Shown here one piece after another: positions 39,701 through 49,264 of a stretch of DNA of 64,000 nt (position 1 is its first letter; the number at the start of each line of letters is the position of its first letter). Position numbers and translations under genes: made by a program. This stretch comes from a virus: the IMG/VR virus record IMGVR_UViG_3300017766_005465, positions 32,001 to 96,000 of that record, one strand, 5' to 3'. The notes under the pieces are model-generated. The model ran no database searches. It was not told the DNA's origin and worked only from the letters and a program-made list of their open reading frames with translations.

Positions 39701-40590
39701 CGATGTCGGAGGCCCTCAGCACCGAGATGGTAGACGGTCTTCCTATCAACCTTGTCTGCAAGTTCATCAAGTTCTCCGAGGCCAACCTTCTGGCCAATAC
39801 GGTGCTATTGCCCGACGAGACGGTGGAGTTACAAGTCGCCGGGGCGACAGCTAAGCCCTTCTCCCCTGCCACTAGGTACGAGTTGGATACACCCGTGCAA
39901 CGGGTGCCTTCAAAGCCCCGCTCCGTCCCCCCTGTGTACACCAGCCTGGACGGAGGGCCGGACGTCAGATCCCAGGCCCTCGGTTCCAACTACATCTCCA
40001 CGTCAAGTTCCGACCCTCCCGGCTCCAAGAGCTTCGATCCGGTGGCGTCGTGTAGGAGGTTCGGTGGTTCTAACTGCGAGGATCTGTACTCCTCATCCCA
40101 GCAGCGATGCGTCGGTAGGTTTAATAAGTCGCTCTTCCCCGAGACCTACTCCGACATCCCCGGAGTCCCCCCATCCAAGGTGGCGGTAGATAGGCCACTG
40201 GGAACTTTCGCGGAGTACGTACCCACCACCACGATGGTTCCCACGTCGGCGTTCGACCAGCCCGCCTCGTTCATGAGCCTACTACCCCCGGATACGTTGG
40301 TCGGGGAGAGGGGGGAGCCATTACTCACAACAATACTCTCCGACCACCTCGTGTACGAGTCGGGCGGGGCTGAGTTGAGCGAGTACGGGAACACCGAGTT
40401 CGGAGTCGTGGAGTTCTTAAAAGCCAAGATGGAGAGGGGTTCGGAATTCAACTGCGCGGGCTTCGACTCCCCATTCCACTACCAGATCTGCATGAATGTT
40501 ATGAAATGCAAGAGGTTCTCACCTCCCTACGAAGGGAAGTATTACCTGGCGTTCTGCCCTAAGACCCTGTCCGGAGGTAAGTTAAAGTGA
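36709..40590 (+). CDS. Large hypothetical protein (probable virion component) with Cys-rich C-terminus
   Basis: 1293 aa; mostly helical; late box upstream; no recognisable family. Confidence 0.65.
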   Translation: MSMTSELLESVRINAQSLVSKGLLAYEVAFGKLKVDLSRQRFLSSGLRLLNVLLDRVGANEQVSIFPLKSVLINVLSDLDFDVETVQNLLPFLLEEVLSFLRSKPTYDANIAGSLKTYFALIGENAGDFTFYSSSEATDILRAQPEYQYSEALYSVTPLEYNNSSGKVYTLFTEERYWEVFSSQTDTTSYSPLGYNRFATQLGLSQYRISVSYSPLVVFEGELYKLRPEVTSPRRDYFDNTEWVKYSSRLFNNAKSFRNVLKSNVRDAFGKFTEAGFDSNEIISDSKVAEYSKTQSVDENLLPSTFGGVGKQLLDSIKDLKNLSDSFGSYEGSPVGGVDYITRVSEYLFASCFGRSIPEIFSLSGGDSAFGRFDVLYKASPSPNKMPGLKFLDPFGSLRSFVHSQKVPEGTVEASGKLIYNPVYSQFYDGLEDRFDSLEEAGSYSEPPSVDILLYSLESIYRRSLIVGDTVKAVVNSLDERGRIPGYEGLGSVRVQMEEFQRVFPPGMYFLDYGYDSIRGGLTGSIKYLLDNYSRFSAATVKPVLPGKSLEFFGTWVESISGKVGEILDVMRGVGISTSEFIPNISFKAYEASDRKLVEFLRSLGFRDSEVDKLLQVESFSQLVSNFAPISDSSDLKSFFKAYELAQLVYEFGGQEAVDAYLSFLYTSGSVDSLLNILKLSEKDKSRLTSININRYPKLIGLLIGLTYAVDPGQLVKFNKILGKNNLTLLESISFIYQNGESTIIKNKQDVQILQPLVEQMITGVYKDDAFATPTMTYEQANSVVPIALKQWTKIIGDNLGNVGSLDIIDSLYDKARGLTPKELFSVLNGPSSPTELGHVLDGFSGGVFTSFLRYASLAGLGVKLSNYKNSYQVNNFQVDTENKTNALLRIVDNLEEFSKYLSIVKNIFSSELDYNFSYTSDFSKVLGPLVLSQNKTYGTLPQLVSSMAGGSSMAGMTSVASTAPISESPGVGNSRLPNRVPAKNSVTSEQATAIAGAMSEALSTEMVDGLPINLVCKFIKFSEANLLANTVLLPDETVELQVAGATAKPFSPATRYELDTPVQRVPSKPRSVPPVYTSLDGGPDVRSQALGSNYISTSSSDPPGSKSFDPVASCRRFGGSNCEDLYSSSQQRCVGRFNKSLFPETYSDIPGVPPSKVAVDRPLGTFAEYVPTTTMVPTSAFDQPASFMSLLPPDTLVGERGEPLLTTILSDHLVYESGGAELSEYGNTEFGVVEFLKAKMERGSEFNCAGFDSPFHYQICMNVMKCKRFSPPYEGKYYLAFCPKTLSGGKLK

Positions 40591-41414
40591 CCCAGAAGAT
40601 GCAAACGTTCTTCAAGACCCTGAGGGGTTCCAAGACCCTACCCTTCGGGCACCGAACCCCCAACCACTTCAACTACGTTGCCTTCGAGGAAGAGGGGGAG
40701 GATTTTCTTCTCGGTGGTAATCGTGCCTCGCTGTTTAAGCAGATGAACGACTCCTACCTTGTGGAGGTGGAGAGGAGTGAGAGGAACGCCTCCGGAGACA
40801 TAGCCGAACTCAAACTAACCAACCAGGACATACTCACGTGGGAGGATCACTGGATAGACCCGCGTTCGGGTGAGGTGGTGGATCCGCGGATCGTTAGCAT
40901 AAACCTGCAGAAGAATCGCCTCGTCCACGCTAATTTCAACGTTCCGAGATCGAGGCTTAAAAACCTCAACCTGGAGGGCAACTCCAACATGAGAGCCGTC
41001 TTCGTCACCGACAGTCCCAACCTAGAGGTGCTCAATATCTCCAACTGCCCGGCGCTGGGGGTGATAAACCTGGGCAACAATCGGTCTATTAAGGCGCTCC
41101 TGGCGAGAAACTGCGCTCTTACCCCCATCGCCCAGGAGAGACTGCTCAGGGACTTCAGGCCGGTGCACACGGCGTCGGCGAATAGCCGACTGGCAATGTT
41201 CAGAAAAACCTACGAGACCCTGCTTGATATGAGAGGGTCGGAGATCGACTGGTCGAATAGGCGCGTGGCGTCTAAGATCAGGATGCTACTGTGTAATAAT
41301 TGGCTCGTGCTCTGGGACAATCCACCGCCGGCGTCGATAGTACCTCCTCATATGTACGCCTTCTTCACGAGTAGCCTTGAGGATTCTCTGATTAAAGACT
41401 ACTATAGTTGCTGA
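40587..41414 (+). CDS. Small leucine-rich-repeat protein
   Basis: LKNLNLEGNSNMRAVFVTDSPNLEVLNISNCPALGVINLGNNRSIKALLARNC. Confidence 0.7.
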   Translation: MTQKMQTFFKTLRGSKTLPFGHRTPNHFNYVAFEEEGEDFLLGGNRASLFKQMNDSYLVEVERSERNASGDIAELKLTNQDILTWEDHWIDPRSGEVVDPRIVSINLQKNRLVHANFNVPRSRLKNLNLEGNSNMRAVFVTDSPNLEVLNISNCPALGVINLGNNRSIKALLARNCALTPIAQERLLRDFRPVHTASANSRLAMFRKTYETLLDMRGSEIDWSNRRVASKIRMLLCNNWLVLWDNPPPASIVPPHMYAFFTSSLEDSLIKDYYSC

Positions 41415-41427
41415 CCGATAGGGGAGT

Positions 41428-42300
41428 ATGGCCGATCTACTAAGCCGATTTATAGAAGACTACGCGGGTGGCCTGCTTAACATAGCAAGGCAGGAACTCT
41501 CGACCACTGGCGAGGTGCTCTCACAGGACGGACTTACATCCGAGGGAGCCCTCTTCGTAGAGGACGGAAGTGGCACCAAGAGTGGCCTGAAGCTCGGGGT
41601 GAGTCTGGCCGAGGCCATCGACCCGACCACAGAGATGGGTATTGTGAATGTGAGGTTCGCGGACAGAACCTACGCTAAGATCCGCGACCTCAAGATCTTC
41701 TCGACGGCCATAGCCTCGTCCCAGGCCGCGCTGTCGGAGGCCACGGCAACGTCCATCTCCAATATAGAGACGACTCTGCAACTCCTTGAGGATGACGTTA
41801 AGACCATCGAGCAGAACTTCCAGAAGAATCTGACGGAGGGACAGGATCAGCTGCAGACCCTGAGCCTGACGCAACGATCACTGGAGGAGAAGGTGAACGG
41901 AGCGGTGATCGAGACCCAAAACCTCGCCAACAGAGTGCAGGTGCTGGAGACCCCAACAACGTCACCGAAGCAGATAGCGGAGCTGAGCACCGCCCTCAAC
42001 CTATTCTACTACACCGGCACTATCCAGATCGCCGGCGCTAACGTTACGGGAACCGCCACGATATTCGACTCCGAGCTGGATGTTGGTGACGTCTTCATCG
42101 CCACTACGACAACGGGGGAGGAGGTCGAGTTCACTGTTACTAGCTTCAACACCACTACGCCCCAGACCGCGATGACCGTGATCCCCACAAACAAGACGGT
42201 GACGGCGGGGTCCAGGTTTATGGCCGATCAGAACCTCGAGCTGAAGAGCAAAGTGAACGAGATAATCGCGGCTCTCAAGGCCCTAAAGTTCATCGTATAG
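41428..42300 (+). CDS. Coiled-coil fibre-like virion protein
   Basis: Central heptads; VTGTATIFDSELDVGD beta motif; C-terminal LKSKVNEIIAALK head-fibre-like motif. Confidence 0.6.
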   Translation: MADLLSRFIEDYAGGLLNIARQELSTTGEVLSQDGLTSEGALFVEDGSGTKSGLKLGVSLAEAIDPTTEMGIVNVRFADRTYAKIRDLKIFSTAIASSQAALSEATATSISNIETTLQLLEDDVKTIEQNFQKNLTEGQDQLQTLSLTQRSLEEKVNGAVIETQNLANRVQVLETPTTSPKQIAELSTALNLFYYTGTIQIAGANVTGTATIFDSELDVGDVFIATTTTGEEVEFTVTSFNTTTPQTAMTVIPTNKTVTAGSRFMADQNLELKSKVNEIIAALKALKFIV

Positions 42301-42645
42301 GTCGTTGATTATACCGTCTATGAGCTCCAGATCCACGCGGATGGAGTAGATCGGTCCCACCTTCCTGAATATGAAGAACACCACACCGCACGACTTCTCC
42401 TCCTCGGATGGGAAGAGGGAGTCGAGGATGCGGTCGTACTTATCCTCCCCGCCCACCATCTGGTACACGGTCTGCGGATCGAATATCCAGGCGCAGTCGG
42501 TTCTGTCCGCCGTGGCGATGTAGAGAGCGAAGGGGGTCCTCTGCGCCAGCACCCGCTCCAGGCAGAGTATCGTATCGTTCAGGTTCTCCGTGTTCTTGAG
42601 GGATTGTCTTAGGGACTCCTTCTCTTCCTCCGAGTTCAGGCTCAT
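42283..42645 (-). CDS. Hypothetical protein
   Basis: ATG at 42645 coupled (TGATG) to the deaminase stop; 120 aa. Confidence 0.6.
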   Translation of the reverse strand: MSLNSEEEKESLRQSLKNTENLNDTILCLERVLAQRTPFALYIATADRTDCAWIFDPQTVYQMVGGEDKYDRILDSLFPSEEEKSCGVVFFIFRKVGPIYSIRVDLELIDGIINDLYDEL

Positions 42646-43052
42646 CAGACCTGCTCCACTTCGACGCCGAGGTCCGTGAGTACCCTCAGCCCTTCGGAGA
42701 TGCGGTAACTGTGCCGGTAGTACACCTTCCTCACTCCGCTCTGGGCCAGGAGCTTGGAGCATTCCGGGCACGGGGAGTGCGTGCAGAACAGTTCCGCGCC
42801 GTCAATCGACTCGGTGGATTTGGCCATCTTAACGAGGACGTTCTGCTCGGCGTGAAGGACGAATGGCGACGTAGCGCCGGCCTCGTCCTCGCAGCAGTTG
42901 GTTCTGTAGCCGGTGGGGGTGCCGTTCCACCCGTGGGCTAGAATGCTTCCGTTCTTGACGATTATGGCGCCCACTTTTAGCCTATTGCACTTGGATACCA
43001 GAGCGAATCTTTCCGCGATGTCCATGTACGCGTTAACGAGCTCGGGTTTCAT
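42645..43052 (-). CDS. dCMP deaminase
   Basis: KVGAIIV..GWNG; LHAEQN; THSPCPECSK zinc motifs. Confidence 0.93.
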   Translation of the reverse strand: MKPELVNAYMDIAERFALVSKCNRLKVGAIIVKNGSILAHGWNGTPTGYRTNCCEDEAGATSPFVLHAEQNVLVKMAKSTESIDGAELFCTHSPCPECSKLLAQSGVRKVYYRHSYRISEGLRVLTDLGVEVEQV

Positions 43053-43085
43053 AAGTTTGTGGGTGGGGCGGAGGTGGCCGGTTCT

Positions 43086-43094
43086 ATTCTATCA
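43086..43094 (-). promoter_or_regulatory. Extended -10 promoter TGaTAGAAT
   Basis: 33 nt upstream of dCMP deaminase ATG. Confidence 0.5.
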
Positions 43095-43370
43095 GACCCT
43101 GAAGGACCTGGTGGTTGTTAGCCCTAATTTATTCACAATGTGCTTGTTGAACTTCTTCAGGAGCCGGCGGTCCTCTTCTCCAAGGAAGATGCCGGTGACT
43201 TCGGGGAGGGGAGCGGGGGGTTCCGCAGGGAGTTCAGTAACAGGTTCCGTGGGGAGCTCCGCAGGAGGCTCCACCGGTTGAGGCTCCACCTCCACAACAA
43301 GTACGGGTTCGTACACTTCCTCCCTCTCCTTCTCCTTCTCGAGTTCCGCTTTTGTCTTTCTGGTCGTCAT
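43092..43370 (-). CDS. Hypothetical Pro/Glu-rich protein
   Basis: 92 aa; AELPTEP/TELPAEP repeat; coupled to the upstream gene. Confidence 0.55.
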   Translation of the reverse strand: MTTRKTKAELEKEKEREEVYEPVLVVEVEPQPVEPPAELPTEPVTELPAEPPAPLPEVTGIFLGEEDRRLLKKFNKHIVNKLGLTTTRSFRV

Positions 43371-43579
43371 CTTGATCTCCTGCAGGAGGAACAGCCCCAG
43401 CGCTTGTAGGGGCTGGGATTGGGCGGGGTGGGGATCGTCGGGTACGCTGGGCCCTCTGTCAGGCCCGGTGCTAGTCTTGACGGATCCTTGGCCCTACCAC
43501 TCATACTCGCCCATCTTCTCAGGCTTTCGAGTTCCGATGAGGAGATCTGCGAGGAGCTGGGCCGGTTGTTGTTCGCCAT
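43367..43579 (-). CDS. Small hypothetical protein ending GCSSC
   Basis: 70 aa; late box 7 nt upstream. Confidence 0.5.
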   Translation of the reverse strand: MANNNRPSSSQISSSELESLRRWASMSGRAKDPSRLAPGLTEGPAYPTIPTPPNPSPYKRWGCSSCRRSR

Positions 43580-43586
43580 ATAGTCA

Positions 43587-43594
43587 ATTTAAAC
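43587..43594 (-). promoter_or_regulatory. Putative late promoter box GTTTAAAT
   Basis: Intergenic, 7 nt upstream of ATG 43579. Confidence 0.55.
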
Positions 43595-43636
43595 CACTGA
43601 GTACGACAACTAACTATCACTGGAATCCCGGGCTAC

Positions 43637-44578
43637 TCACCAGGAGTAGATCAGGACCAGGCCGGGGCCGCCGTTACCGCCCGCACCACCGCCGCCCGTT
43701 GTTCCGCCAGCGCCGCCACCGCCACCACCGGAGCCGAAGCCACCGGTGCCGCCGCCGCCGCCAGCATCAGTTGCATTAAAAGATGAACCGCCACCGGCTC
43801 CTCCACAAGACAGCAAAGGCAAAGAACGGCTTACTCCATCAAATCCAGGACCACCTGCGCCAGGATCTCCTCTAACACCCCCTGTTCTTGTTTGAAATAA
43901 AGACAAAACGCCTGTTTGTGATGCTGGCGGAGAAACTGCTCCCCCATCTCTACGAAAATTACCAGCGCCACCAGCACCACCAGAAAGCAAAAGCCCTGTG
44001 GCTAGGTAAGTCCTGGCCTCTCCGTCGTTAATGCTACCACCCGCTGCGCCTGCTTGGCCGACGCGCGAAGTAAGTATTCCTGACCACGCCATCAACACGG
44101 CAGTTATTCCTGTTGCTGCTGCGGCAACACCAGCGGGGCCTGCGCCCGCACCAGCGGAGGCACCTCCACCACCGCCGCCTAGGGCAGAACATACGCTGTA
44201 AATAGCTGCGTTACTTTGAGCAATTGAAACATAAGATGCAATACCGCTGCCTCCGGGGTTACTAACAGTAGTTGAGGAGGCACCACCGTTACCGCCAATA
44301 CCTGCTGAGACATATAGGACATCAGGCAGGAAGGAAGCTTGGATTGATACACTTGTAAGAGTGCTACTGCCACCGCCACCACCTCCACCACGAGAAGTTG
44401 TAGTTGCGCTAGGAAAACCACTACCACCACCGCCACCGCCGCCGATGCAAACAATAAGGATCTTAGTAATGCCGGCAGGCTTCTCCCAGGCAACCCATTG
44501 CGTGTTGGCGTTTGCAAAACCTGGGAATACGCTGACAAAACCGTTTTGCGGCTGTGGAATGTTAAATACGTTAAGCAT
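43637..44578 (-). CDS. Glycine-rich fibre-tip/adhesin-like protein, copy A
   Basis: WEKPAG..CIGGGGGGGSG..GGNGGPGLVLIYSW glycine-rich domain. Confidence 0.75.
   Translation of the reverse strand: MLNVFNIPQPQNGFVSVFPGFANANTQWVAWEKPAGITKILIVCIGGGGGGGSGFPSATTTSRGGGGGGGSSTLTSVSIQASFLPDVLYVSAGIGGNGGASSTTVSNPGGSGIASYVSIAQSNAAIYSVCSALGGGGGGASAGAGAGPAGVAAAATGITAVLMAWSGILTSRVGQAGAAGGSINDGEARTYLATGLLLSGGAGGAGNFRRDGGAVSPPASQTGVLSLFQTRTGGVRGDPGAGGPGFDGVSRSLPLLSCGGAGGGSSFNATDAGGGGGTGGFGSGGGGGGAGGTTGGGGAGGNGGPGLVLIYSW
44506..44553. repeat. 48-bp exact direct repeat, copy 1 (copy 2 at 45454-45501)
   Basis: TGGCGTTTGCAAAACCTGGGAATACGCTGACAAAACCGTTTTGCGGCT at the 5' end of both glycine-rich genes. Confidence 0.9.
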
Positions 44579-44584
44579 TAGTAG

Positions 44585-45526
44585 TTACCATGACCGAATT
44601 ATCACTAAACCTGGGCCGCCGTTGCCACCACCACCACCACCACCTGTAGTACCGCCTGCGCCTCCTCCTCCTCCGCCAGAGCCAAAGGCACCCTGACCAC
44701 CGGTACCGCCGCGAGCGTTACCACTGTTTGCCCCCCCGCCTGTTCCACCGGTAGAAAGTAGGGGAGTTAGGCGACTATGGCCTGGAGAGCCGTTGCCAGG
44801 CGTAGCGCCTGCTGCGCCACCATTCAACTGTGTAAACAGGTTCAAGACAGCGGTTTGAGACCCTGGTGCGCTGATGGTACCTCCCACACCAGTAGCGCCT
44901 CCTCCTCCGCCTGAACCACCGCAGAGAAGTAGTCCGGTCGCCGGGTATGTGATGTTTCCCCCTGCACCGTTAGCGACTGCACCACCAGCAGAACCGGGCT
45001 GTCCAGCGTAAGCAACGAAAGTACCTAATCCTGCAATTAGAGCAGCGTTGGCAACTGCTGCAGCAGCAGCAGCAGCACCAGCGTTACCGACAACCGTAGC
45101 CGAAGCCGGAGTTGTACCTGCAGCACCTGGGTTGGCAAAACAAACGGTGTAAATAGCCGCTGTGGATTGAGCAATTGAAACATAAGATCCAATGCCGTTA
45201 GCTCCTAGGGTGCCAGCAGTGGTTGAGGAGGCTCCACCGTTACCGCCAATGCCTGCTGAGACGTACAAGGTGTCTGGCAGCAAAGAAGCAGGGATTTCTA
45301 CTGAGGTAAAACCGCCACTGCCACCACCGCCACCACCGCCACGGTTACCGGTAGCCGCAGGGAAACCGCTACCGCCACCTGCACCGCCACCGATGCAGGT
45401 GATGCTGACCATAATTATGTTGCTTGGTTTCTCCCATGTCACCCACTGTGTGCTGGCGTTTGCAAAACCTGGGAATACGCTGACAAAACCGTTTTGCGGC
45501 TTTGGAATGTCAAATACGTTAAGCAT
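44585..45526 (-). CDS. Glycine-rich fibre-tip/adhesin-like protein, copy B
   Basis: Paralogue of copy A; start MLNVF at 45526, coupled to the upstream stop. Confidence 0.75.
   Translation of the reverse strand: MLNVFDIPKPQNGFVSVFPGFANASTQWVTWEKPSNIIMVSITCIGGGAGGGSGFPAATGNRGGGGGGGSGGFTSVEIPASLLPDTLYVSAGIGGNGGASSTTAGTLGANGIGSYVSIAQSTAAIYTVCFANPGAAGTTPASATVVGNAGAAAAAAAVANAALIAGLGTFVAYAGQPGSAGGAVANGAGGNITYPATGLLLCGGSGGGGGATGVGGTISAPGSQTAVLNLFTQLNGGAAGATPGNGSPGHSRLTPLLSTGGTGGGANSGNARGGTGGQGAFGSGGGGGGAGGTTGGGGGGGNGGPGLVIIRSW
45454..45501. repeat. 48-bp exact direct repeat, copy 2
   Basis: Identical to 44506-44553. Confidence 0.9.
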
Positions 45527-45996
45527 CAGTAGTCGCCGCCAATAACTGTTGCCTGCCACGCTCCGGTGTTAGGTTGAGCCGCAGATTGTGAGACCAAAAT
45601 ATAGCGCGAAGCTGGAATCGCGAAGTTGAGCGGAACTTCAATTACGTAAGGAGCGGTTGTGGTTGCCGTAAGAGTCTGCGCTGCTGCTTGAACTCCGGTA
45701 AGATATGTCGTGTTGATAACGTTTAGAGCGTTGCCGGGGATGTTGACGGTAGAAATATAAATTTGTAGAGTAGTTGCGACAGAAGAAGTAGTACTATTTG
45801 TAGAAGTGAACTGAAAACGAACTTTTTGCAGGTATGACCCATCCACTCCTGAAGAGAAAGCCAGGGCCGTTGCTGCAGGGGCAGCGCCATCGATGTTACC
45901 GGGGGCTTGAGTGTTTACGTTCGCAACGTTGAATGGAATTTGAACCCAACCAACTTTGGGTGTCATTGTCCAGATTGGTGAAGTGTTTGCTGCCAT
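45526..45996 (-). CDS. Tail-fibre accessory/adaptor protein
   Basis: 156 aa, MAANTSPIW...GGDY; within the fibre operon. Confidence 0.6.
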   Translation of the reverse strand: MAANTSPIWTMTPKVGWVQIPFNVANVNTQAPGNIDGAAPAATALAFSSGVDGSYLQKVRFQFTSTNSTTSSVATTLQIYISTVNIPGNALNVINTTYLTGVQAAAQTLTATTTAPYVIEVPLNFAIPASRYILVSQSAAQPNTGAWQATVIGGDY

Positions 45997-46017
45997 TTTA
46001 GTAAGTGTATGTGAAAA

Positions 46018-46524
46018 TTAGGGCATTGCTGCGCCATATTGAACTGCAAGCACTTGGCCGTAGTTACTCTTGAGCACAGTTCCGGGTGCGATCATTGTCG
46101 CAGTGACGGTCCCTGTGTCACCGGTTGTGACAACGGTTCCGGTAACATTCGGGAGAGTCAGAGTTTGATCAGCGGATAGGGTTGCGGTTGTTAGCGATAC
46201 ATCGAAAGAACCGGTCCCTCCGGCCCTACCCAGAACTATAATCCCATCCTGTGTTGCCGCTCGACGGAAAGTCTGGCCCGTCGTGTTCGTGAAGGTGTTG
46301 GCACCGGTGAATGCGTTGTTGTTCGCTGCGACAACGTCGCCACTACCGCCACCACCACCACCACCTGCTCCGACCTCAACAATGCTCTGCACTCCCGAAA
46401 CGTCTTTCTTCAGAAAGAGTTTTCCATCGTTCGTGTTAATGGCCAGTTCGCCCAGAGCGAGCTGCGTGGTTGTCGGAACTGCTGATGCAACAGAACTGCG
46501 CCGTATTCGTATCGTATTTGCCAT
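46018..46524 (-). CDS. Short fibre protein with Mtd-N-like N-terminus
   Basis: IRIRRSS..PTTTQLALGELAINTNDGKLF; LTLPNVTGTVVTTG. Confidence 0.7.
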   Translation of the reverse strand: MANTIRIRRSSVASAVPTTTQLALGELAINTNDGKLFLKKDVSGVQSIVEVGAGGGGGGGSGDVVAANNNAFTGANTFTNTTGQTFRRAATQDGIIVLGRAGGTGSFDVSLTTATLSADQTLTLPNVTGTVVTTGDTGTVTATMIAPGTVLKSNYGQVLAVQYGAAMP

Positions 46525-46586
46525 TTGGCTCCCCGTTGATTTCTATGTAGAAGGGTTGAGCCCCGTATGTACAGGGCGATTTAGTC

Positions 46587-49013
46587 TTAGAAAGTTCCGC
46601 CGTCCAGATCGAAGCCGGAAGCTGCGCCGTCTTCGAGGAAGGTGACGAGGTCGCTGAGGGCGACCTGGACCATCGTCCCCGCGTCGTTGATAACCATGCG
46701 GTCGGCCGGGAGCAGGGTGGTCGCAGTCGCGGTGGTCGAGCCGTCGATTACCGCGGCCTCAGTCGAGGTCAGAGCGGCGAGCGAAGTGGCCGTGCCACTG
46801 GCCATACCGGCCAGAGTGGCCAGCTCGGCGTCGTAGGCCTGCACGTTCGTCCCGATCACCAGACCGAGGTTTGTACGAGCACCCGCCGCGTCAGTCGCAC
46901 CCGTACCGCCATTAGTCAGAGCGAGCGTGCCGGCCAGAGTGACCGCACCGGTCGTAGCAGTGCTGGGGGTCAGGCCGGTCGTCCCGGCGGAGAACGAACT
47001 AACCCCGGTCCCGGAGACGAACGAGTTGAACGAGCTGTACCATTGAGTTGTCGACGCCGCATTGAACTCCATCACGCCGTTAACGGCAAGCTGGATGCTG
47101 GCGTTGGCGCTTAGCGCGTCGATAATTGCGCCGGATGCCGGAAATATATTGATCGGGTTGGCACCTTTGTTAACGACGATCACGCGCCGGCCGGTCGTAG
47201 CGGTGGGCAGAGTCACGCCGCTCGGGTTCGCCGCCGCTGTGGTGATAACGCTAAGGTCGCTGGTCAGAGCGCCCTGGCCTTGCGCGTTGGTCCCCGCCGT
47301 TACGTTGGCCGTTGTGCTGAAGGTCTCCCCGCTCAGAGAAGGCGTGGTCAGGGACGGTGACGTACCGAACACCAGAGAGCCAGAGCCCGTCTCGTCGGTG
47401 ATCGCAGCGGCCAAGTTGGCCGATGTATCGGAGATACTGTACCCAGAGAAAGTTGTCGGAGCGGTGCCTGCGGTAACCCGGCCGTAGGTGTCAACCGTGA
47501 CCGAGCGGTAGGTTCCGGCGGTGGCAATGCCACTGGTAAGGTTGATCGAGTCGGGGTTGATCGTCAGCGAGCCGCCGCCACTAGAGGCAACGTCGAGGGT
47601 GTTGCCGGTCTTGGTAAGACCTGCTCCAGCAGTGATCTGGCCGGCACCCGAGAACTGGGTGAACAGGACAGCATCGCCGTTAAACGCCGTATAGCCAGCG
47701 CCTGACTTGCCCATCCGAATCGGAGGAGAAGCAGTCTGAATAAAGCCGTTGTTGCCGTTTGTGTTGCCCCCGGCGACGAAAACGTAGTCGCCCGAGGTGA
47801 TCTCACCCGTTGGGCCGTTATCGAAGTCGGATGCCCTTGTCCAGACACCGTTTGAGCCCGTACCAACGGTCGTTACGGTGTAAACGCCGTTGTAGGCAGT
47901 GGTTGCGTGATCTTTAACAAGAATCCGCTGACCGAGAGTCAGGGTTGCGCCAGAGTCAACGCTGTTCGGAGTGCCGCTAAGCGTTGCGCCAACACCAGGG
48001 TCGCCCGTGACGCCGATGCTGAGGCCAGTGCCGTTGGTAAGCGTGGCATTAGCGCCGCCAAATGTAGCGGACACCTTGACTTGATTAAGCGCAGGCTCGG
48101 CAGTTACGAAGTAGGTGGTGTTGGCGGCCAGTCCGGTGCCAGTTACCGTGTCGCCCGTGCGAACCTGGGAGTTAATGTTAAGCCCGTGATCGGCACTGAA
48201 CGTGATGGTGTCGGTGCCGGTAATTGCGCTAATAGTTAGAGCAGTACCACCGGAAGTGTACGAGTACGAAACAGAAGCGGTGGTTGCAAAGTCTGCAGCA
48301 CCGTGGACGTTCAGGCTTTGAGCAATCGAGTCGGCATACGCTTTGTTGACAGCATCGCCAGGCAGTTGGGGCGCCGCAAGATCCAGGATCCGCTGGTTGT
48401 TCAGACTGACAGAAGCCGTGGGCGCCGCCATCTGATCCAGGCGGCTGGTGCGCACCTGGGTGTCGAAGTTGCTGATCTTGGCGGCGGTCAGCGTCGGGAT
48501 GTCAGCCGCCAGCAGGGCACGGAAAGTGGGAGCACCGGTAGCGCCGTCAGGAGCAACGAAAACGGTGTTAGCCGTCTGGTTAGCCAGGGTGCCGGTGAGC
48601 GTGCCAGTGCCCGTGACAGGTGAGTTCGAGACCGCGATGAAGCTGGGCAGGCTCAGCCCAACACTGCTGACAGTGCCGGTGCCATAGCCCTGTCCTTTTA
48701 CGTAGGCCGTCGTGGCAACTGTCGTGCTGTTGTCGGACGTGACAGGCGTAGTAGCCGTGGCGCTACTACCGAGTGCAACAGTGCTGCTGAATGTCTTGGC
48801 GCCTGAGATCGTCTGGGTGCCACTCAGATTGACGAAAGCACCAAGGCCACCAATTGCCTCGACAGTGGTCGCGCTGCCGCCGGCGCCGCCAGTTCCCTTA
48901 CCGTAGTACAGGATGTCATCGACTTCGTTAAAGGCCAACTCCGCGTTGGCTAAGCTGGCCGGTGCGCCAGTGTTACCACTGGCCCGGCGCTTGATGCGCA
49001 GAACGTTAGCCAT
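46587..49013 (-). CDS. Long tail fibre protein
   Basis: 808 aa Thr/Gly/Ala-rich; LRIKRR..ELAFNE; DAVNKAYAD; [18 protein letters not shown]; [10 protein letters not shown]; GGTGAT..ARTNLGL. Confidence 0.85.
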   Translation of the reverse strand: MANVLRIKRRASGNTGAPASLANAELAFNEVDDILYYGKGTGGAGGSATTVEAIGGLGAFVNLSGTQTISGAKTFSSTVALGSSATATTPVTSDNSTTVATTAYVKGQGYGTGTVSSVGLSLPSFIAVSNSPVTGTGTLTGTLANQTANTVFVAPDGATGAPTFRALLAADIPTLTAAKISNFDTQVRTSRLDQMAAPTASVSLNNQRILDLAAPQLPGDAVNKAYADSIAQSLNVHGAADFATTASVSYSYTSGGTALTISAITGTDTITFSADHGLNINSQVRTGDTVTGTGLAANTTYFVTAEPALNQVKVSATFGGANATLTNGTGLSIGVTGDPGVGATLSGTPNSVDSGATLTLGQRILVKDHATTAYNGVYTVTTVGTGSNGVWTRASDFDNGPTGEITSGDYVFVAGGNTNGNNGFIQTASPPIRMGKSGAGYTAFNGDAVLFTQFSGAGQITAGAGLTKTGNTLDVASSGGGSLTINPDSINLTSGIATAGTYRSVTVDTYGRVTAGTAPTTFSGYSISDTSANLAAAITDETGSGSLVFGTSPSLTTPSLSGETFSTTANVTAGTNAQGQGALTSDLSVITTAAANPSGVTLPTATTGRRVIVVNKGANPINIFPASGAIIDALSANASIQLAVNGVMEFNAASTTQWYSSFNSFVSGTGVSSFSAGTTGLTPSTATTGAVTLAGTLALTNGGTGATDAAGARTNLGLVIGTNVQAYDAELATLAGMASGTATSLAALTSTEAAVIDGSTTATATTLLPADRMVINDAGTMVQVALSDLVTFLEDGAASGFDLDGGTF

Positions 49014-49015
49014 AA

Positions 49016-49264
49016 CTAGAAATTGCCCCCGTCGGTTAAGGTGAGTTTGGTATTAGTAGAGTCGGATACGAACTTGCCCTGTCCAGCGTTATAGACCGGA
49101 ATGCTCCCATCCACAGAAGTAGAGGTGTCAAAAATTTCTACTCTATCCTCTAGAGCTTTCAACATACCGAAAGTTACCGGCTCCGAGTCCTCCACGGGTG
49201 CGGGTAGATTGAGAACCCTACTAGCACCCTTAAAATCCATGTTTACGTAGACTTCTCTGTTCAT
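49016..49264 (-). CDS. Small fibre-associated protein
   Basis: 82 aa; RVLNLPAP..; ends DGGNF like the fibre C-terminus DGGTF. Confidence 0.6.
   Translation of the reverse strand: MNREVYVNMDFKGASRVLNLPAPVEDSEPVTFGMLKALEDRVEIFDTSTSVDGSIPVYNAGQGKFVSDSTNTKLTLTDGGNF

Noticed and set aside
42646-42771. N-terminal extension of ORF 42283..42771 in the ORF track
   Set aside because: Overlaps the dCMP deaminase; the coupled ATG at 42645 is the more plausible start
43670-45400. Runs of CCG/CCA/CCT triplets resembling a tandem repeat array
   Set aside because: Explained by poly-glycine codons on the minus strand; no repeat-spacer periodicity, so not CRISPR
46018-49013. Mtd-N-like N-termini suggesting a diversity-generating retroelement
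   Set aside because: No reverse transcriptase and no template/variable repeat pair differing at adenines in the window; the 48-bp repeat is exact and lies at gene 5' ends
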